A stretch of 64,000 nucleotides of DNA from Vicinamibacteria bacterium. Lineage in GTDB: Bacteria > Acidobacteriota > Vicinamibacteria > Marinacidobacterales > Marinacidobacteraceae. The notes under the pieces are model-generated. The model saw only the letters and a list, made by a program, of their open reading frames with translations. It was not told where the DNA came from and did not search any database. The translations under genes and the position numbers were made by a program. Location: positions 960,001 to 1,024,000 of the forward strand of contig CAXXLQ010000004.1 in NCBI GenBank assembly GCA_963668695.2, in the 5' to 3' direction. Shown here piece after piece: positions 38,133 through 48,398 of the stretch. Positions within the stretch are counted from its first letter, which is position 1, and every line of letters begins with the position of its first letter.

Positions 38133-41100
38133 GTGAACCCTGACGCTGCGCTGGAGACACATGTGGTCTCCGGCTTCGAAACGCTTCTCGCCGCCGTCCG
38201 GGCACGCCGCAATTCCGGAGCCCGGCGGATCGGCCGCCTCTTCGGCCTCTCGCGGCTGGCGCTCGTGGCGGCCTGGGCGCGGGAATCCCCAAAACCGCTG
38301 CTCTTCCTGACGGCTCACGACCGGGACCTCCTGACGGCAGCCGCCGATCTCGAAGTGTTGCTGGCCGCGCTCGGCGAACCGCGTCCCGTCCTGCGGCTGC
38401 CTGGTCCCTCGGCGAACCCCTACGCGGGAGTCGCTCCCCACGCCGAGGTGTTGGCGCTTCGCGCCGTGGCGCTCTCCGCGCTCGCTCAGGCCTCTCCGGG
38501 GAACCCGCCCCTGGTCATCGCCTCGGCCGCGGGCGCGCTGCGCCGGACGGCCGGACCGGACCACCTTCGTGAGGCGGGCATCTGCGTCCGGCAGGGGATG
38601 GACGCATCCCCCGCGGAGGTTGCGGCTCAACTCACGGCAGCGGGCTACCGCTACGAGGACCCGGTGAGCGGGCCGGGAGACTTCGCCCGCCGCGGCGGCA
38701 TCGTCGACTTCTTCCCGGTGGACCGGGATCTTCCGGTCCGCGTCGAGTTCGGATTCGAGGAAATCGAAAGCATCCGGGAGTTCGAGGTGGACACCCAACG
38801 CGGCGGCGACCACCTGGCGCGACCGGAAGCGGTCGTTGTCCCGCCGTCTTGGGAATGGATCGGCGCCGAGCTCGGGGAAGGGCCCCATCCCGCATTTCGC
38901 CTTCCAGGCTCTCCCGGATTCCAGAGCGGGCTCGACGACTACCTGGAAGGCGCCGAGGCCGAGGTGGTCCTGGACGAACCGGATCGGTTCTGGGCTGCGG
39001 CCGAAGCCGAAACGGCGCGCGTGGTGGACGCCCGCCTCGCGGCGAAGGAATTCGCGGCGCGCGCCGCGGCCCCACCCGAGGCGCTGCTGATCGGAATGGA
39101 AGCGCTTCGAGACCGGCTGGAGCAGCCGCCCCCGTCCGGGGCGGTCGAACTGCGGGAACTGGAGACCGCCTCATCGGCAACTGCCGGCAGCCAGGATCTT
39201 CCCGCGCGGCCCGCCGACTCATTCCGGAACCGGACCGGGGACTTCCTGAACGCGCTGAGAAAGGAAGGCGATCCGCGGCGCACCGTGCACGTCTTCGTTC
39301 CCGGAAACGCCGCCGCCGAGAGAGTTGCGTTGCGCGCCCGGGAGGCGGGAGCCCGGATCGTCCCCCGGATTCGGGAGTCCCGTCACACCGCCGGGGCATC
39401 GACCGCGGAAGGGACCCCGGAAGAGACCCCAGGAGCGGTCCCGGCGCCGCCGCGAGTCTTCGTCCATGCGGGGAGGTTGAGCGCTGGTTTCGAGATTCCG
39501 GATCTTCACCTCGAGGTGATCAGCGGGGCCGCCATGGTGGCCGCACCTCCCCGTGCGCTGCGGCGCCGGTCTCGCTCCAGCAGTTTCCTTTCGGACTTCA
39601 GAGACCTGAAACCCGGAGATCCGGTGGTGCACACCGACCACGGCGTGGGGCGCTTCATTCGGATGACCCGCCTCGGCGAAGGGGAAGACGCCCCCGAACT
39701 GGTGGAGATCCACTACGCGCGGGGAGGAAAGCTCTTCCTGCCGGTGGACCGGCTGGACCTCCTCGAGAAGTACACGGCCGGCTCGGCGGCGGGGACGCCG
39801 GCACTCGACCGGCTTGGGGGCACGAGCTGGGTCCGGCGGCGAAAACGCGTCGCGAAAGCCATGCGCGACATCGCGGGGGAACTCATCCGCCTCTACGCGG
39901 AGCGGAAGCGGGTGGCCGGCTACGCGTTTTCCCGCGACATCCTGGGAATGGAGGACTTCGAGGACACCTTCGAGTGGACCGAAACCGAAGATCAGGGACG
40001 GGCGATCCGGGACGTTTTCGAGGATATGGAGTCGGAGGCGCCCATGGACCGGTTGCTGGCGGGTGATGTCGGTTTCGGCAAGACCGAGGTTGCGCTCCGG
40101 GCCGCCTTCAAGGCGGCGATGGACGGAAAGCAGGTCGCCATCCTGGTTCCGACCACGGTACTGGCCGCCCAGCACGCGCGCGTCTTCGAACGGCGCTTCG
40201 CTCCGTTCCCGGTCCGGACGGAGCTTCTTTCGCGGTTCCGTACGCCAAGACAACAAAAGGAGGTGGTCGCCGGAATCCGGGACGGGACCGTGGACGTGGT
40301 CATCGGAACCCACCGACTGCTGTCGAAGGACGTTGAGTTTCGTGATCTCGGACTCCTGATCGTGGACGAGGAGCAGCGTTTCGGCGTATCGGCCAAGGAG
40401 CGGTTGAAAGCGATGGCTCCCCGGGTGGACCACCTGGCGATGACCGCCACACCGATCCCGCGCACGCTCAACATGTCGCTCGCCGGCATCCGCGACATGT
40501 CGGTGATCGAAACCGCGCCGCGGGACCGGATGGCCATCCAGACCCATGTCCTCCCATTCGAAACGGACCGCATCGCGGAGGCCATCCGGCACGAACTCGC
40601 GCGCGAGGGCCAGGTGTACTTCGTTCACAACCGGGTTCGCTCGCTCCCGGCGATGGAAAAGCTCCTCCAGCGCCTGGTTCCCGAGGCCCGAATCCTGATC
40701 GCCCACGGGCAGATGCGCGAAGCCGCTCTGGAGCGCACGCTGATCCGCTTCCAGGAACACGAAGCGGACATCCTGTTGACGACCACCATCATCGAGAACG
40801 GGATCGATCTACCCCGGGTCAACACCCTGCTGGTGAATCGGGCCGACGCGTTCGGACTCGCCCAGCTCTACCAGATCCGGGGGCGGGTCGGCCGCTCCTC
40901 ACGGCGGGCCTACGCCTATCTGCTGGTGCCCCAGGGAGCACCCCTTTCGGACACCGCTCAGCCGCGTCTCGCCGCACTCCGGGAATTCAGCGAACTGGGC
41001 GCCGGGTTCCGGGTCGCGGCGCTCGACATGGAGCTGCGCGGGGCGGGCAATCTGTTGGGGGCCGCCCAGCACGGCCATCTGGAGGCGGTAGGGTTCGATC

Positions 41101-41582
41101 TCTACTACCGGCTGCTCGAAGAAGCGGTCGCCGAGGCCCGCGGCGACCGTCCCAGATCCCGTTGCGCCATGAACCTCCGCTTCCAGTTCCGTATTCCCGG
41201 CGGCTGGCTGGACGACGTTCGGCGCCGCATGTGGCTCTACAAGCGGTGCTCCTCAGCGGCCGATCTCGACACTCTGGACCGGCTGCGCGATGAAGTGCGC
41301 GACCGATTCGGAGCCCTGCCGCGGGAAGTGGAGCTGCTCTTCCAGCATGTGCGGCTCCGGATCCGCGCCGAAGCCCTGGGTTACGCGGCAGTGATCCGGG
41401 AAGGCGACTCACTGCGCTTTGCATCGGATGCCAAGGACCGGAGCTTCCGCTCTCCTCTCGCGCACGGGGCGGGACCAGCCGAGGTTCTGGGATCGCTCCA
41501 GATGGCTCTTTCGGCCCTGGAGGCCGTTGCTCTCAGCCGGGCACAAGAGGGCTCGGCCGACGGAAGGGCCAGCAGCCGGTGA
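38133..41582 (+). CDS. mfd: Transcription-repair coupling factor
   Basis: ARRGGIVDFFP, GDPVVHTDHGVG, GDVGFGKTEVALRAA, DEEQRFGV, TATPIPRTL, QIRGRVGRS, DMELRGAGNLLG. Confidence 0.97.
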   Translation: MNPDAALETHVVSGFETLLAAVRARRNSGARRIGRLFGLSRLALVAAWARESPKPLLFLTAHDRDLLTAAADLEVLLAALGEPRPVLRLPGPSANPYAGVAPHAEVLALRAVALSALAQASPGNPPLVIASAAGALRRTAGPDHLREAGICVRQGMDASPAEVAAQLTAAGYRYEDPVSGPGDFARRGGIVDFFPVDRDLPVRVEFGFEEIESIREFEVDTQRGGDHLARPEAVVVPPSWEWIGAELGEGPHPAFRLPGSPGFQSGLDDYLEGAEAEVVLDEPDRFWAAAEAETARVVDARLAAKEFAARAAAPPEALLIGMEALRDRLEQPPPSGAVELRELETASSATAGSQDLPARPADSFRNRTGDFLNALRKEGDPRRTVHVFVPGNAAAERVALRAREAGARIVPRIRESRHTAGASTAEGTPEETPGAVPAPPRVFVHAGRLSAGFEIPDLHLEVISGAAMVAAPPRALRRRSRSSSFLSDFRDLKPGDPVVHTDHGVGRFIRMTRLGEGEDAPELVEIHYARGGKLFLPVDRLDLLEKYTAGSAAGTPALDRLGGTSWVRRRKRVAKAMRDIAGELIRLYAERKRVAGYAFSRDILGMEDFEDTFEWTETEDQGRAIRDVFEDMESEAPMDRLLAGDVGFGKTEVALRAAFKAAMDGKQVAILVPTTVLAAQHARVFERRFAPFPVRTELLSRFRTPRQQKEVVAGIRDGTVDVVIGTHRLLSKDVEFRDLGLLIVDEEQRFGVSAKERLKAMAPRVDHLAMTATPIPRTLNMSLAGIRDMSVIETAPRDRMAIQTHVLPFETDRIAEAIRHELAREGQVYFVHNRVRSLPAMEKLLQRLVPEARILIAHGQMREAALERTLIRFQEHEADILLTTTIIENGIDLPRVNTLLVNRADAFGLAQLYQIRGRVGRSSRRAYAYLLVPQGAPLSDTAQPRLAALREFSELGAGFRVAALDMELRGAGNLLGAAQHGHLEAVGFDLYYRLLEEAVAEARGDRPRSRCAMNLRFQFRIPGGWLDDVRRRMWLYKRCSSAADLDTLDRLRDEVRDRFGALPREVELLFQHVRLRIRAEALGYAAVIREGDSLRFASDAKDRSFRSPLAHGAGPAEVLGSLQMALSALEAVALSRAQEGSADGRASSR

Positions 41583-42139
41583 TGAAACCCACGCGGCCCA
41601 GTTCTCCCGGTAGGGGCTCGCCCGGCGATCCATCCCGGCTGAACCGCGTCGCTTTCGCGCCGCTCATCGTTGCGCTTCGGTCGGAATACACTCGGGCCAG
41701 TTCTCCCGGTGCTCCTCCCTCACGCGCCTTGTCACCCGGGCGCCTCGCCCCCACCGGGAGACTGGCCAGCCTCGGCGCTCACCCGGGTTCCACCACCGGC
41801 TGTTCACCGCGTCGCTGCGCGCCGCTCATCGTTGCGTTTCGGTCGCAATACACCCGGGCCAGTTCTCCCGGTGGGGGCTCCTCCCTCACGCGCCTTGTCA
41901 GCCAAGCGCCTCGCCCCCACCGGGAGACTGGCCAGCCTCGGCGCTCACCCGGGTTCCACCACCGGCTGTTCACCGCGTCGCTGCGCGCCGCTCATCGTTG
42001 CGTTTCGGTCGCAATACACCCGGGCCAGTTCTCCCGGTGGGGGCTCCTCCCTCACGCGCCTTGTCAGCCAAGCGCCTCGCCCCCACCGGGAGGACTGGCC
42101 GGGCTCGGCGCTCACCCGGGTTCCACCACCGGCTGCTAC
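41571..42139. mobile_element. Composite MITE with internally triplicated right module
   Basis: Left end CAGCCGGTGATGAAACCC contains the mfd TGA; right-end motif GGGTTCCACCACCGGCTG occurs at ~41785, ~41951 and ~42118. Confidence 0.75.
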
Positions 42140-42144
42140 CCCTC

Positions 42145-43104
42145 ATGATCCGCTTTCGGGTGGCAATCGTCGGCCTGCTGGCGGTCTCCGGGGTGGGCTG
42201 CGACACGTTCTCTGACGACAAAGAACTGGTGGTGGTCTCCCTCGGCGAACACGACGTAACCAAGGCGGACCTGGACCGGTTCGTAGGATCCAGGATGAGG
42301 CTCGGTGGGACACTCGACGCTCTGCTGCTCAGCGCCCTGCTGGACGAGTTCGTCAGGGAGCAACTGCTGGTGATCGCCGCCGAGGAGGAGGGAGTCGAGG
42401 TCTCCGAATTCCAACTCCTCACCGAGACCTCCGTCCTGCTGCGAGGGCCGGGAACCGACGCGGTGCGGGCGGAGGACGATGTTGCCGCGCCGGAGGGGGT
42501 GGACGACTCCACGGAAGGCTCCGACCATGCCGTTTGGTTGCGATCCCAGATCGAAGATCGCCTCCTGGTGGACCGCCTCATGGACACGGTGGTGCTCGCC
42601 GACCTCGAAGCCACGGACGAAGCCTTGCAACTGGAGTTCGATGCCAACCGCGCCTTTTACGCACGCCCGGAAACCGTCACCCTCTCGGAACGGCGGTTCG
42701 ACGACCGCGAGGCCGCGGAAGCGGCAGCCCGGTTGCTGCGCGAGGCAGGCCGGTCCGGCGCTGATGACGGGGCAGCCGATCAATTCATGCCGATCGGCAC
42801 CTTCCGGCCGGGAGAACTCCCGGATGCGGTAGATCAGGCCGTCTTCGTCCTCGACCCCGGGGACGCCACCGATGCGGTCGAGACGGCGGGGGGATTCAGG
42901 GTCTTCCGGGTGGACGAAAAGCTTCCCCCGGCGTCACTGGAGTTCGAGGAAGTCAAGGATGTGGTCCGGCTCACGGTCTTGCGCCGGGAAGCGGACGCAC
43001 GGGTCCAGGCGCTCCTTGCGGGGCTTCAGGAACGCCACCCCATCCGCGTGCACACGGACAACCTGCCGTTCCCCTACGTCGGGTTGCTGCCGAAGGTGGA
43101 GTAG
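42145..43104 (+). CDS. Parvulin/PpiC-type PPIase lipoprotein (SurA/PrsA-like)
   Basis: Lipobox VGC; ELPDAVDQAVF..L.PG...AVETAGGFRVFRV; downstream of mfd. Confidence 0.8.
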   Translation: MIRFRVAIVGLLAVSGVGCDTFSDDKELVVVSLGEHDVTKADLDRFVGSRMRLGGTLDALLLSALLDEFVREQLLVIAAEEEGVEVSEFQLLTETSVLLRGPGTDAVRAEDDVAAPEGVDDSTEGSDHAVWLRSQIEDRLLVDRLMDTVVLADLEATDEALQLEFDANRAFYARPETVTLSERRFDDREAAEAAARLLREAGRSGADDGAADQFMPIGTFRPGELPDAVDQAVFVLDPGDATDAVETAGGFRVFRVDEKLPPASLEFEEVKDVVRLTVLRREADARVQALLAGLQERHPIRVHTDNLPFPYVGLLPKVE

Positions 43105-43162
43105 CCCGTCCCCGGCTCGGGAGCCACACTAGAATGTGAGCCTGAGTTTTGGAGGCCTGACC

Positions 43163-44182
43163 ATGCCGCGTTTCTTCTCGCGTGCTTCTCTCGTTGCGAT
43201 GTTGTGTGCGCTTGGCGCGGTGGCGTCCGCACAGGACGGCGGCCCTGAGCGGGTGGAGGTGGTGGAACGGGTGGTGGCGCTCGTCAACGGGGACATGATC
43301 ACCCTCAGCGAGTTGGAGCGGCAGGTAATTGTCCAGGGCGAGCGCCTCGGCGTTCCCGAGGACCCCGAGATCCAGGCCACCTTTCGACAGCAGGTTCTCG
43401 AAGGGATGGTGGACAACACCCTGATCCTGCAGGTCGCCGACCAGCGCGGACTCCGGGTTCCCGACCGCTACTTCGACGAATGGAAGGAAACGACCATCAA
43501 GGAAATGAACCTTCCCAACGAAGCAGAGTTCATTCGGCAGGTGGAGCTTCAGGGATCGAACATCGAGGAGTTGAAGAAGCAGTTCCTCGAAGGTGTGCTC
43601 ATCCAGGAAATACGGCGCCAGGACATCGAGGAGCGCGTCAATATCAGCGAACCGGAAATCGAGCAGCGCTACCGCGAGAACGTGGACGAGTTCGTGCGCC
43701 CGCCTCAGGTGCGGATCCGGGAGCTGGTGATCCATGTCACCGAAGCCGGCGAGGCGGAGGCGCAGGAGCGCCTGGCGGAGGCCCGACGGCTGATCGAATC
43801 GGGGACCGATTTCGGCGAGGTGGCGAAGGTGCGGTCGGAGTCCGGGTCGGCGGAGAGCGGCGGTGACCTCGGTCTGTTCCAGGTCAGCGAACTGGACGAA
43901 TCGTTCCAGCCGGTGGTGTCCGGACTCGAGACCGGGGCGCTCTCCGAGCCCCTCCGGATCGGCGAATCCCTATACCTGCTGAAGGTGGACGAGCGGACCG
44001 AGGAATCCACGACCCCGCTGGATGACGTGCGAAACCAGATCGCCGAGTCGCTCTACACCGAGAAGATGGCCACCGAAATGGAGAACTTCGTCCGAAACCT
44101 GCGCGAAAACGCCATCGTCGAGATTCGCCTCGACGACAGCGATGACGACGGCGATTCCGCTGGCGAGCCGCCCTCGCGGTAG
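43163..44182 (+). CDS. surA: SurA-like chaperone / parvulin PPIase
   Basis: GGAGG RBS; VVERVVALVNGDMITLSEL; FGEVAKVRSE.GSAESGGDLG. Confidence 0.82.
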   Translation: MPRFFSRASLVAMLCALGAVASAQDGGPERVEVVERVVALVNGDMITLSELERQVIVQGERLGVPEDPEIQATFRQQVLEGMVDNTLILQVADQRGLRVPDRYFDEWKETTIKEMNLPNEAEFIRQVELQGSNIEELKKQFLEGVLIQEIRRQDIEERVNISEPEIEQRYRENVDEFVRPPQVRIRELVIHVTEAGEAEAQERLAEARRLIESGTDFGEVAKVRSESGSAESGGDLGLFQVSELDESFQPVVSGLETGALSEPLRIGESLYLLKVDERTEESTTPLDDVRNQIAESLYTEKMATEMENFVRNLRENAIVEIRLDDSDDDGDSAGEPPSR

Positions 44183-44208
44183 CCCGGGGATCCCCCGCCG
44201 GCGCGGGA

Positions 44209-45255
44209 TCAGCCGCCCCGGGTGTGCATTTCGAGATGAGGATTCTTGCGGAGGTCCCCCGCGGCGAGCAGCGGGGTGCGGCGATCGAGGGCTGCCCGCT
44301 CTTCGGCGCCCCGATCGACGCGGCCTGACCAGGTGGACGCGATCAGCGCCTCCATCTCGGCGGCGGTCGCTCCGGAGCGGAGCGGACTCCGGAGGTCCAG
44401 CCCCTCGGCGGCGTACAGACAGCGGAACCAGTGGCCGTCCGCCGTGACCCGGCTGCGGTCGCAGGTGCGGCAGAAGGGTTCGGAAACCGAAGCGATGATG
44501 CCGAAGACTCGTCCATCCGGAATCCGGTAGCGGCGGGCCGGCGCCGTGGGGTCTTCCACGGGAACCGGTTCAACGCCTCCGTAACGGCGCGCCATGACCT
44601 TGCGGATGGCTCCCGCATCGAACACCAGATCCGGACGCCAGCCGGTAGCGCCGCCGACGTCCATGTATTCGATGAACCGGATCTCCGCGCCGTGCTCGGT
44701 GGCGAATTCGAAGAGGTCTACCGCTTCATCGTCGTTGAAGCCCCGGATCACCACGGTGTCCAGCTTCAACGGCTGCAGTCCCGCCGCGGTGGCGGCGGCG
44801 ATCCCTTCGTGCACCGCCTGGAGCCCGTCACGCCGCGTAAGGGTGCGGAAGCGGTCCGGCCGGAGGGTGTCGAGGCTGACCGTGATCCGGTGCAGCCCCG
44901 ATGCTTTGAGCGCCTCGGCCTGGCCGGCGAGAAGGAGCCCGTTGGTGGTCAGGGCGATGTCTTCGATCCCCGGAACGAGCGAAACCAGTCGGACGAGTTC
45001 GGGCAGGTGGCGGCGGATCAGCGGCTCGCCGCCGGTGATCCGCAGCTTCCGAACTCCGAGTGCCACGAACCGCTCGACGACGAACGCGGTCTCGTCAAAG
45101 CTCAGGAGGTCCTTCCGCGGGAGCCAGACGTACTCCTCCTCCGGCATGCAGTACTGACAACGGAGGTTGCAGCGGTCGGTGACCGAGAGACGGAGGCTGC
45201 CGAGCGGCCGCGCGAAGCGGTCCAGAACGGGCGGGGGGAACGGCTTTTCCGGCAA
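44209..45255 (-). CDS. moaA: GTP 3',8-cyclase MoaA (start uncertain; upstream occupied by a MITE)
   Basis: LRLSVTDRCNLRCQYCMP, RITGGEPL, RFIEYMD, PFCRTCDRSR...C, C-terminal MHTRGG. Confidence 0.95.
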   Translation of the reverse strand: MPEKPFPPPVLDRFARPLGSLRLSVTDRCNLRCQYCMPEEEYVWLPRKDLLSFDETAFVVERFVALGVRKLRITGGEPLIRRHLPELVRLVSLVPGIEDIALTTNGLLLAGQAEALKASGLHRITVSLDTLRPDRFRTLTRRDGLQAVHEGIAAATAAGLQPLKLDTVVIRGFNDDEAVDLFEFATEHGAEIRFIEYMDVGGATGWRPDLVFDAGAIRKVMARRYGGVEPVPVEDPTAPARRYRIPDGRVFGIIASVSEPFCRTCDRSRVTADGHWFRCLYAAEGLDLRSPLRSGATAAEMEALIASTWSGRVDRGAEERAALDRRTPLLAAGDLRKNPHLEMHTRGG

Positions 45256-45290
45256 GGAGTGAGGAAAGGGGGAAGGAAGCGTACCCCGGC

Positions 45291-45774
45291 TTAGCAGCCT
45301 GTGGACAAAGTCATGCGGCCCAGTTCTCCCGGTGGGGGCTCGACCGGCGATGCATCCCGGCCAAACAGCCTGTGATGAAACCCGCGCGGCCCAGTTCTCC
45401 CGGTGGGGGCTCGGCCGGCGATCCATCCCGGCTGACCGCGTCGCTGCGCGCCGCTCATCGTTGCGCTTCGGTCGAAATACGTTGCGCTTCGGGCCAGTTC
45501 TCCCGGTGGGGGCTCCTCCCTCACGCGCCTTGTCAGCCGGGCGCCTCACCGGCCTCGGCGCTCACGCAGGTTCCACCACAGGCTGTTCACCACTCCGCTT
45601 CGCGTCGCTCATCGTTGCGCTTCGGTCGAAATACACTCGGGCCAGTTCTCCCGGTGGGGGCTCCTCCCTCGCGCGCCTCGTCAGCCGGACCCCCACCGGG
45701 AGAACTGGGCCTCGCCCCCACCGGGAGGACTGGCCGCTCTCGGCGCTCACACCACTTTATCCACAGGCTACTAG
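45291..45774. mobile_element. MITE containing a nested second copy (~45365-45588)
   Basis: Outer ends TTAG-CAGCCTGTGGACAAAG / CTTTATCCACAGGCTA-CTAG; inner ends AACAGCCTGTGATGAAACC / GGTTCCACCACAGGCTGTT. Confidence 0.75.
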
Positions 45775-45807
45775 GGGTGCGCCGCTCGCGAGGCTCTCCT
45801 TTCGGGA

Positions 45808-46620
45808 TCAGTTCACCGCGAGCAGTTCGACCTCGAAGAGCAGCGTTGCGTAGGCCGGAATTTGCGGCGGTCGCCCGGCGGCTCCGTACGCGCGGCCATG
45901 GGGGATCACAATTCGGCGACGCCCGCCTACGCGCATTCCCACGATGCCCAGGTCCCATCCCGCGATCACGTTCCCGACCCCGAGAGTGAAGGTGAAGGGC
46001 GCCGCAGCGGTGGTGGAATCGAACGTAGTGCCCTTGTTGCCCTCGGCAATCAGGTCGTAGAGCCAACCGTGATAGGCCATCGAGAGTGAGCGCCCGTTTG
46101 CTGCTTCCTCTCCGTCGCCTTCGTGCAGATCCACGATTTCAAAGGGCACTTCCGCCCCGCCCAGGAGCTCCACCTCGACGAGAAGGGTGGCGTTCCCGGG
46201 AATGAAACTCGTCCCCTGCGCGCCGAAACCGAGGTCGGGCGGAACAATGATGCGGCGAAGACCGCCCACCCGCATGCCGACCAAGCCCTGTTCGATGCCG
46301 CCAACGAGCAGGCCAAACCCCAACCGGAACGAAAAAGGCCCCTCCGCGCTCGTAGAGCCGAATTCCTCGCCTCGATTGTCAGGGGTGGCCGGGTCGTAAA
46401 CCCAGCCGGTGTAGTCGATCGCCAGCAACCAGCCGTCCTGCATCCCCGGACCCTCTCCCTCTTCGAGATCGGTCACCCCGAAGGGCACACCGAGCGGGGG
46501 GGCGGGCGCGGGCGCCTCGGGGGTGGTCGGCGCGCTCCCGTCCCCACCGCAACCGAAGGCGAGCACGCCGGACACCAACAACATGCTTCCCAGGGAGAAC
46601 CACCGGTTCGCGTAAGTCAT
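45808..46620 (-). CDS. Lipoprotein with two FKBP-type PPIase domains
   Basis: LAFGC lipobox; two repeats of Y.GW...FDS/FGS...GMRVGG.RRI..P. Confidence 0.88.
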   Translation of the reverse strand: MTYANRWFSLGSMLLVSGVLAFGCGGDGSAPTTPEAPAPAPPLGVPFGVTDLEEGEGPGMQDGWLLAIDYTGWVYDPATPDNRGEEFGSTSAEGPFSFRLGFGLLVGGIEQGLVGMRVGGLRRIIVPPDLGFGAQGTSFIPGNATLLVEVELLGGAEVPFEIVDLHEGDGEEAANGRSLSMAYHGWLYDLIAEGNKGTTFDSTTAAAPFTFTLGVGNVIAGWDLGIVGMRVGGRRRIVIPHGRAYGAAGRPPQIPAYATLLFEVELLAVN

Positions 46621-46717
46621 GGGCACCTCCCGCGGGCGACCGGCCGCTGCCGTGACAGTCGCCTCGGACCGCAGTGGGGCAGCGGGATTGACAGGGTATA
46701 CGGAAACGAACGCGGGT

Positions 46718-48319
46718 TCAGCGCACGAGGAATACGCCAGGACGTGCATCGGTAGCGCGGCCCGCCTCGAACACGGTCTGTCCGGCCACCAAAACGTGGC
46801 GGATGCCCACCGAGAGTTCGTGGGGAGACTCCGGGGTGGCCCGGTCGGAGACCGTCTCCGGGTCGAACAGAACCAGATCGGCTGCCATTCCGGGGGCGAT
46901 GCGACCCCGGCCGGAGAAGCCCAGGTGGTCGGCGGCCAACGAAGTCATCCGGCGCACCGCCTCCTCCAGAGTGAGGATCCCGCGTTCTCGAACAAACTGC
47001 CGGATCGCCCGCGGGAAGGATCCGAACCCGCGGGGATGGGCCCCGAAGAGGGCGCCGTCGGTGCACAGGTTGGCGTGTTCCCAGGCGAAGATGGCGGCGA
47101 TGTCATCCTCCTCCATGCCGGTGGCGATCACCGACTCCACCCTGGTCCCGGGCTCCAGGTCCGGATCGGCGCGCATGGCCTCGGCCTGCTGGATCAGTTC
47201 GAGCAGGGTCACCGCCGGCTCCTCGCCGCGCTCTTCGGCGATGCTGGCCAAGGTCCGGCCGGCGTAGGAAGGTTCGGGCGCGTAGGTCGGGATGAGGATG
47301 CCCTCCGGGAGGGCGAGCTGGGAGACCACGAAGCGCGACTCCTCGAGATCGGTGAAGTCCCGATCCGGAAACATCACGGTCAGTGTGGACTGCCAGTACG
47401 GATAGGGGTAGACATCCAGCGTGATGTCTACCCCGGCGGCCCGGGCCTCTTCCAGCCGGCCGAGGAAACGGGGGGTTTCGCCCCAGAGGCTCTGCAGCGC
47501 CAGTTTGGCGTGCGAGATCTGGACGGGCATTCCGGTCTCCGCCCCGATCCGGATGATCTCTTCCACCGCGTCCCAAAACCAGCGATCTTCGCTCCGGACG
47601 TGGCTGATGTAGCGGCCGCCGGCATCGGCAGCAACCCGCGCGAGTTCCAGAACCTCCTCCGCTCGGGAGTAAATCCCGGGGTCGTACTCCAGCCCGGTAC
47701 TCAGCCCGAGCGCTCCCGAGGCCAGATCGGCTTCCAGCAGGGTTTTCATCGCGGCGATTTCTTCCGCCGTCGCTTCGCGCCGGAAATCCTCGCTCATCAC
47801 CAACTCCCGCAGCGTGTTGTGGCCGGAGTAGCTGGCGACGTTGACGGTGGACGGGGACGCTTCGAAACGGCTCCGGAAGTCGGCGAGCGGGTGCGGCGAG
47901 CCACCGTCCTGCCCCACGACCAGGGTGGTGATTCCCTGGCTCACGGCCGCGGTGGCGTCGAGTCTCTCGAACAGATCGGAGGCGGCGTGGCTGTGGGTGT
48001 CGATGAACCCCGGCGCGAGGACGAGCCCTCCCGCCTCGAGCACCGTGTCCCCGGACCGCGGGGAAATGCCGGGACCGACCTCGACGATCCGCCCGTCCAC
48101 AATGCGGACTGCCCCGGGGAATGCGGGCGTGCCGGCACCGTCCACGATCCGCGCATCCGTGATGGTGAGCCCCGGAGGCCCGCTTGGGCCACACCGGGAC
48201 CAGGCCAGGACCAACGCGGCCAGGACCAGCGCGGCCGGGATCAGCGCGGCCGGGAGAAGCGCCGAACGCCCTCTCGAGACGGTCGACGGACGTCGTCCCG
48301 GACTGATCATAAGCCGCAC
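46718..48319 (-). CDS. N-acyl-D-amino-acid deacylase (amidohydrolase)
   Basis: APGFIDTHSH, GLSTGLEY, SHVRSE, HPRGFGSFPR, GMAADLVLFD. Confidence 0.9.
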   Translation of the reverse strand: MRLMISPGRRPSTVSRGRSALLPAALIPAALVLAALVLAWSRCGPSGPPGLTITDARIVDGAGTPAFPGAVRIVDGRIVEVGPGISPRSGDTVLEAGGLVLAPGFIDTHSHAASDLFERLDATAAVSQGITTLVVGQDGGSPHPLADFRSRFEASPSTVNVASYSGHNTLRELVMSEDFRREATAEEIAAMKTLLEADLASGALGLSTGLEYDPGIYSRAEEVLELARVAADAGGRYISHVRSEDRWFWDAVEEIIRIGAETGMPVQISHAKLALQSLWGETPRFLGRLEEARAAGVDITLDVYPYPYWQSTLTVMFPDRDFTDLEESRFVVSQLALPEGILIPTYAPEPSYAGRTLASIAEERGEEPAVTLLELIQQAEAMRADPDLEPGTRVESVIATGMEEDDIAAIFAWEHANLCTDGALFGAHPRGFGSFPRAIRQFVRERGILTLEEAVRRMTSLAADHLGFSGRGRIAPGMAADLVLFDPETVSDRATPESPHELSVGIRHVLVAGQTVFEAGRATDARPGVFLVR

Positions 48320-48398
48320 CCCGAATGCGCCGGCGACGGTACCAGAGGGACGCGGCCCTCGGTCCTTATCCGATCAGCGCGTCAGCCGATTAGCCCGA

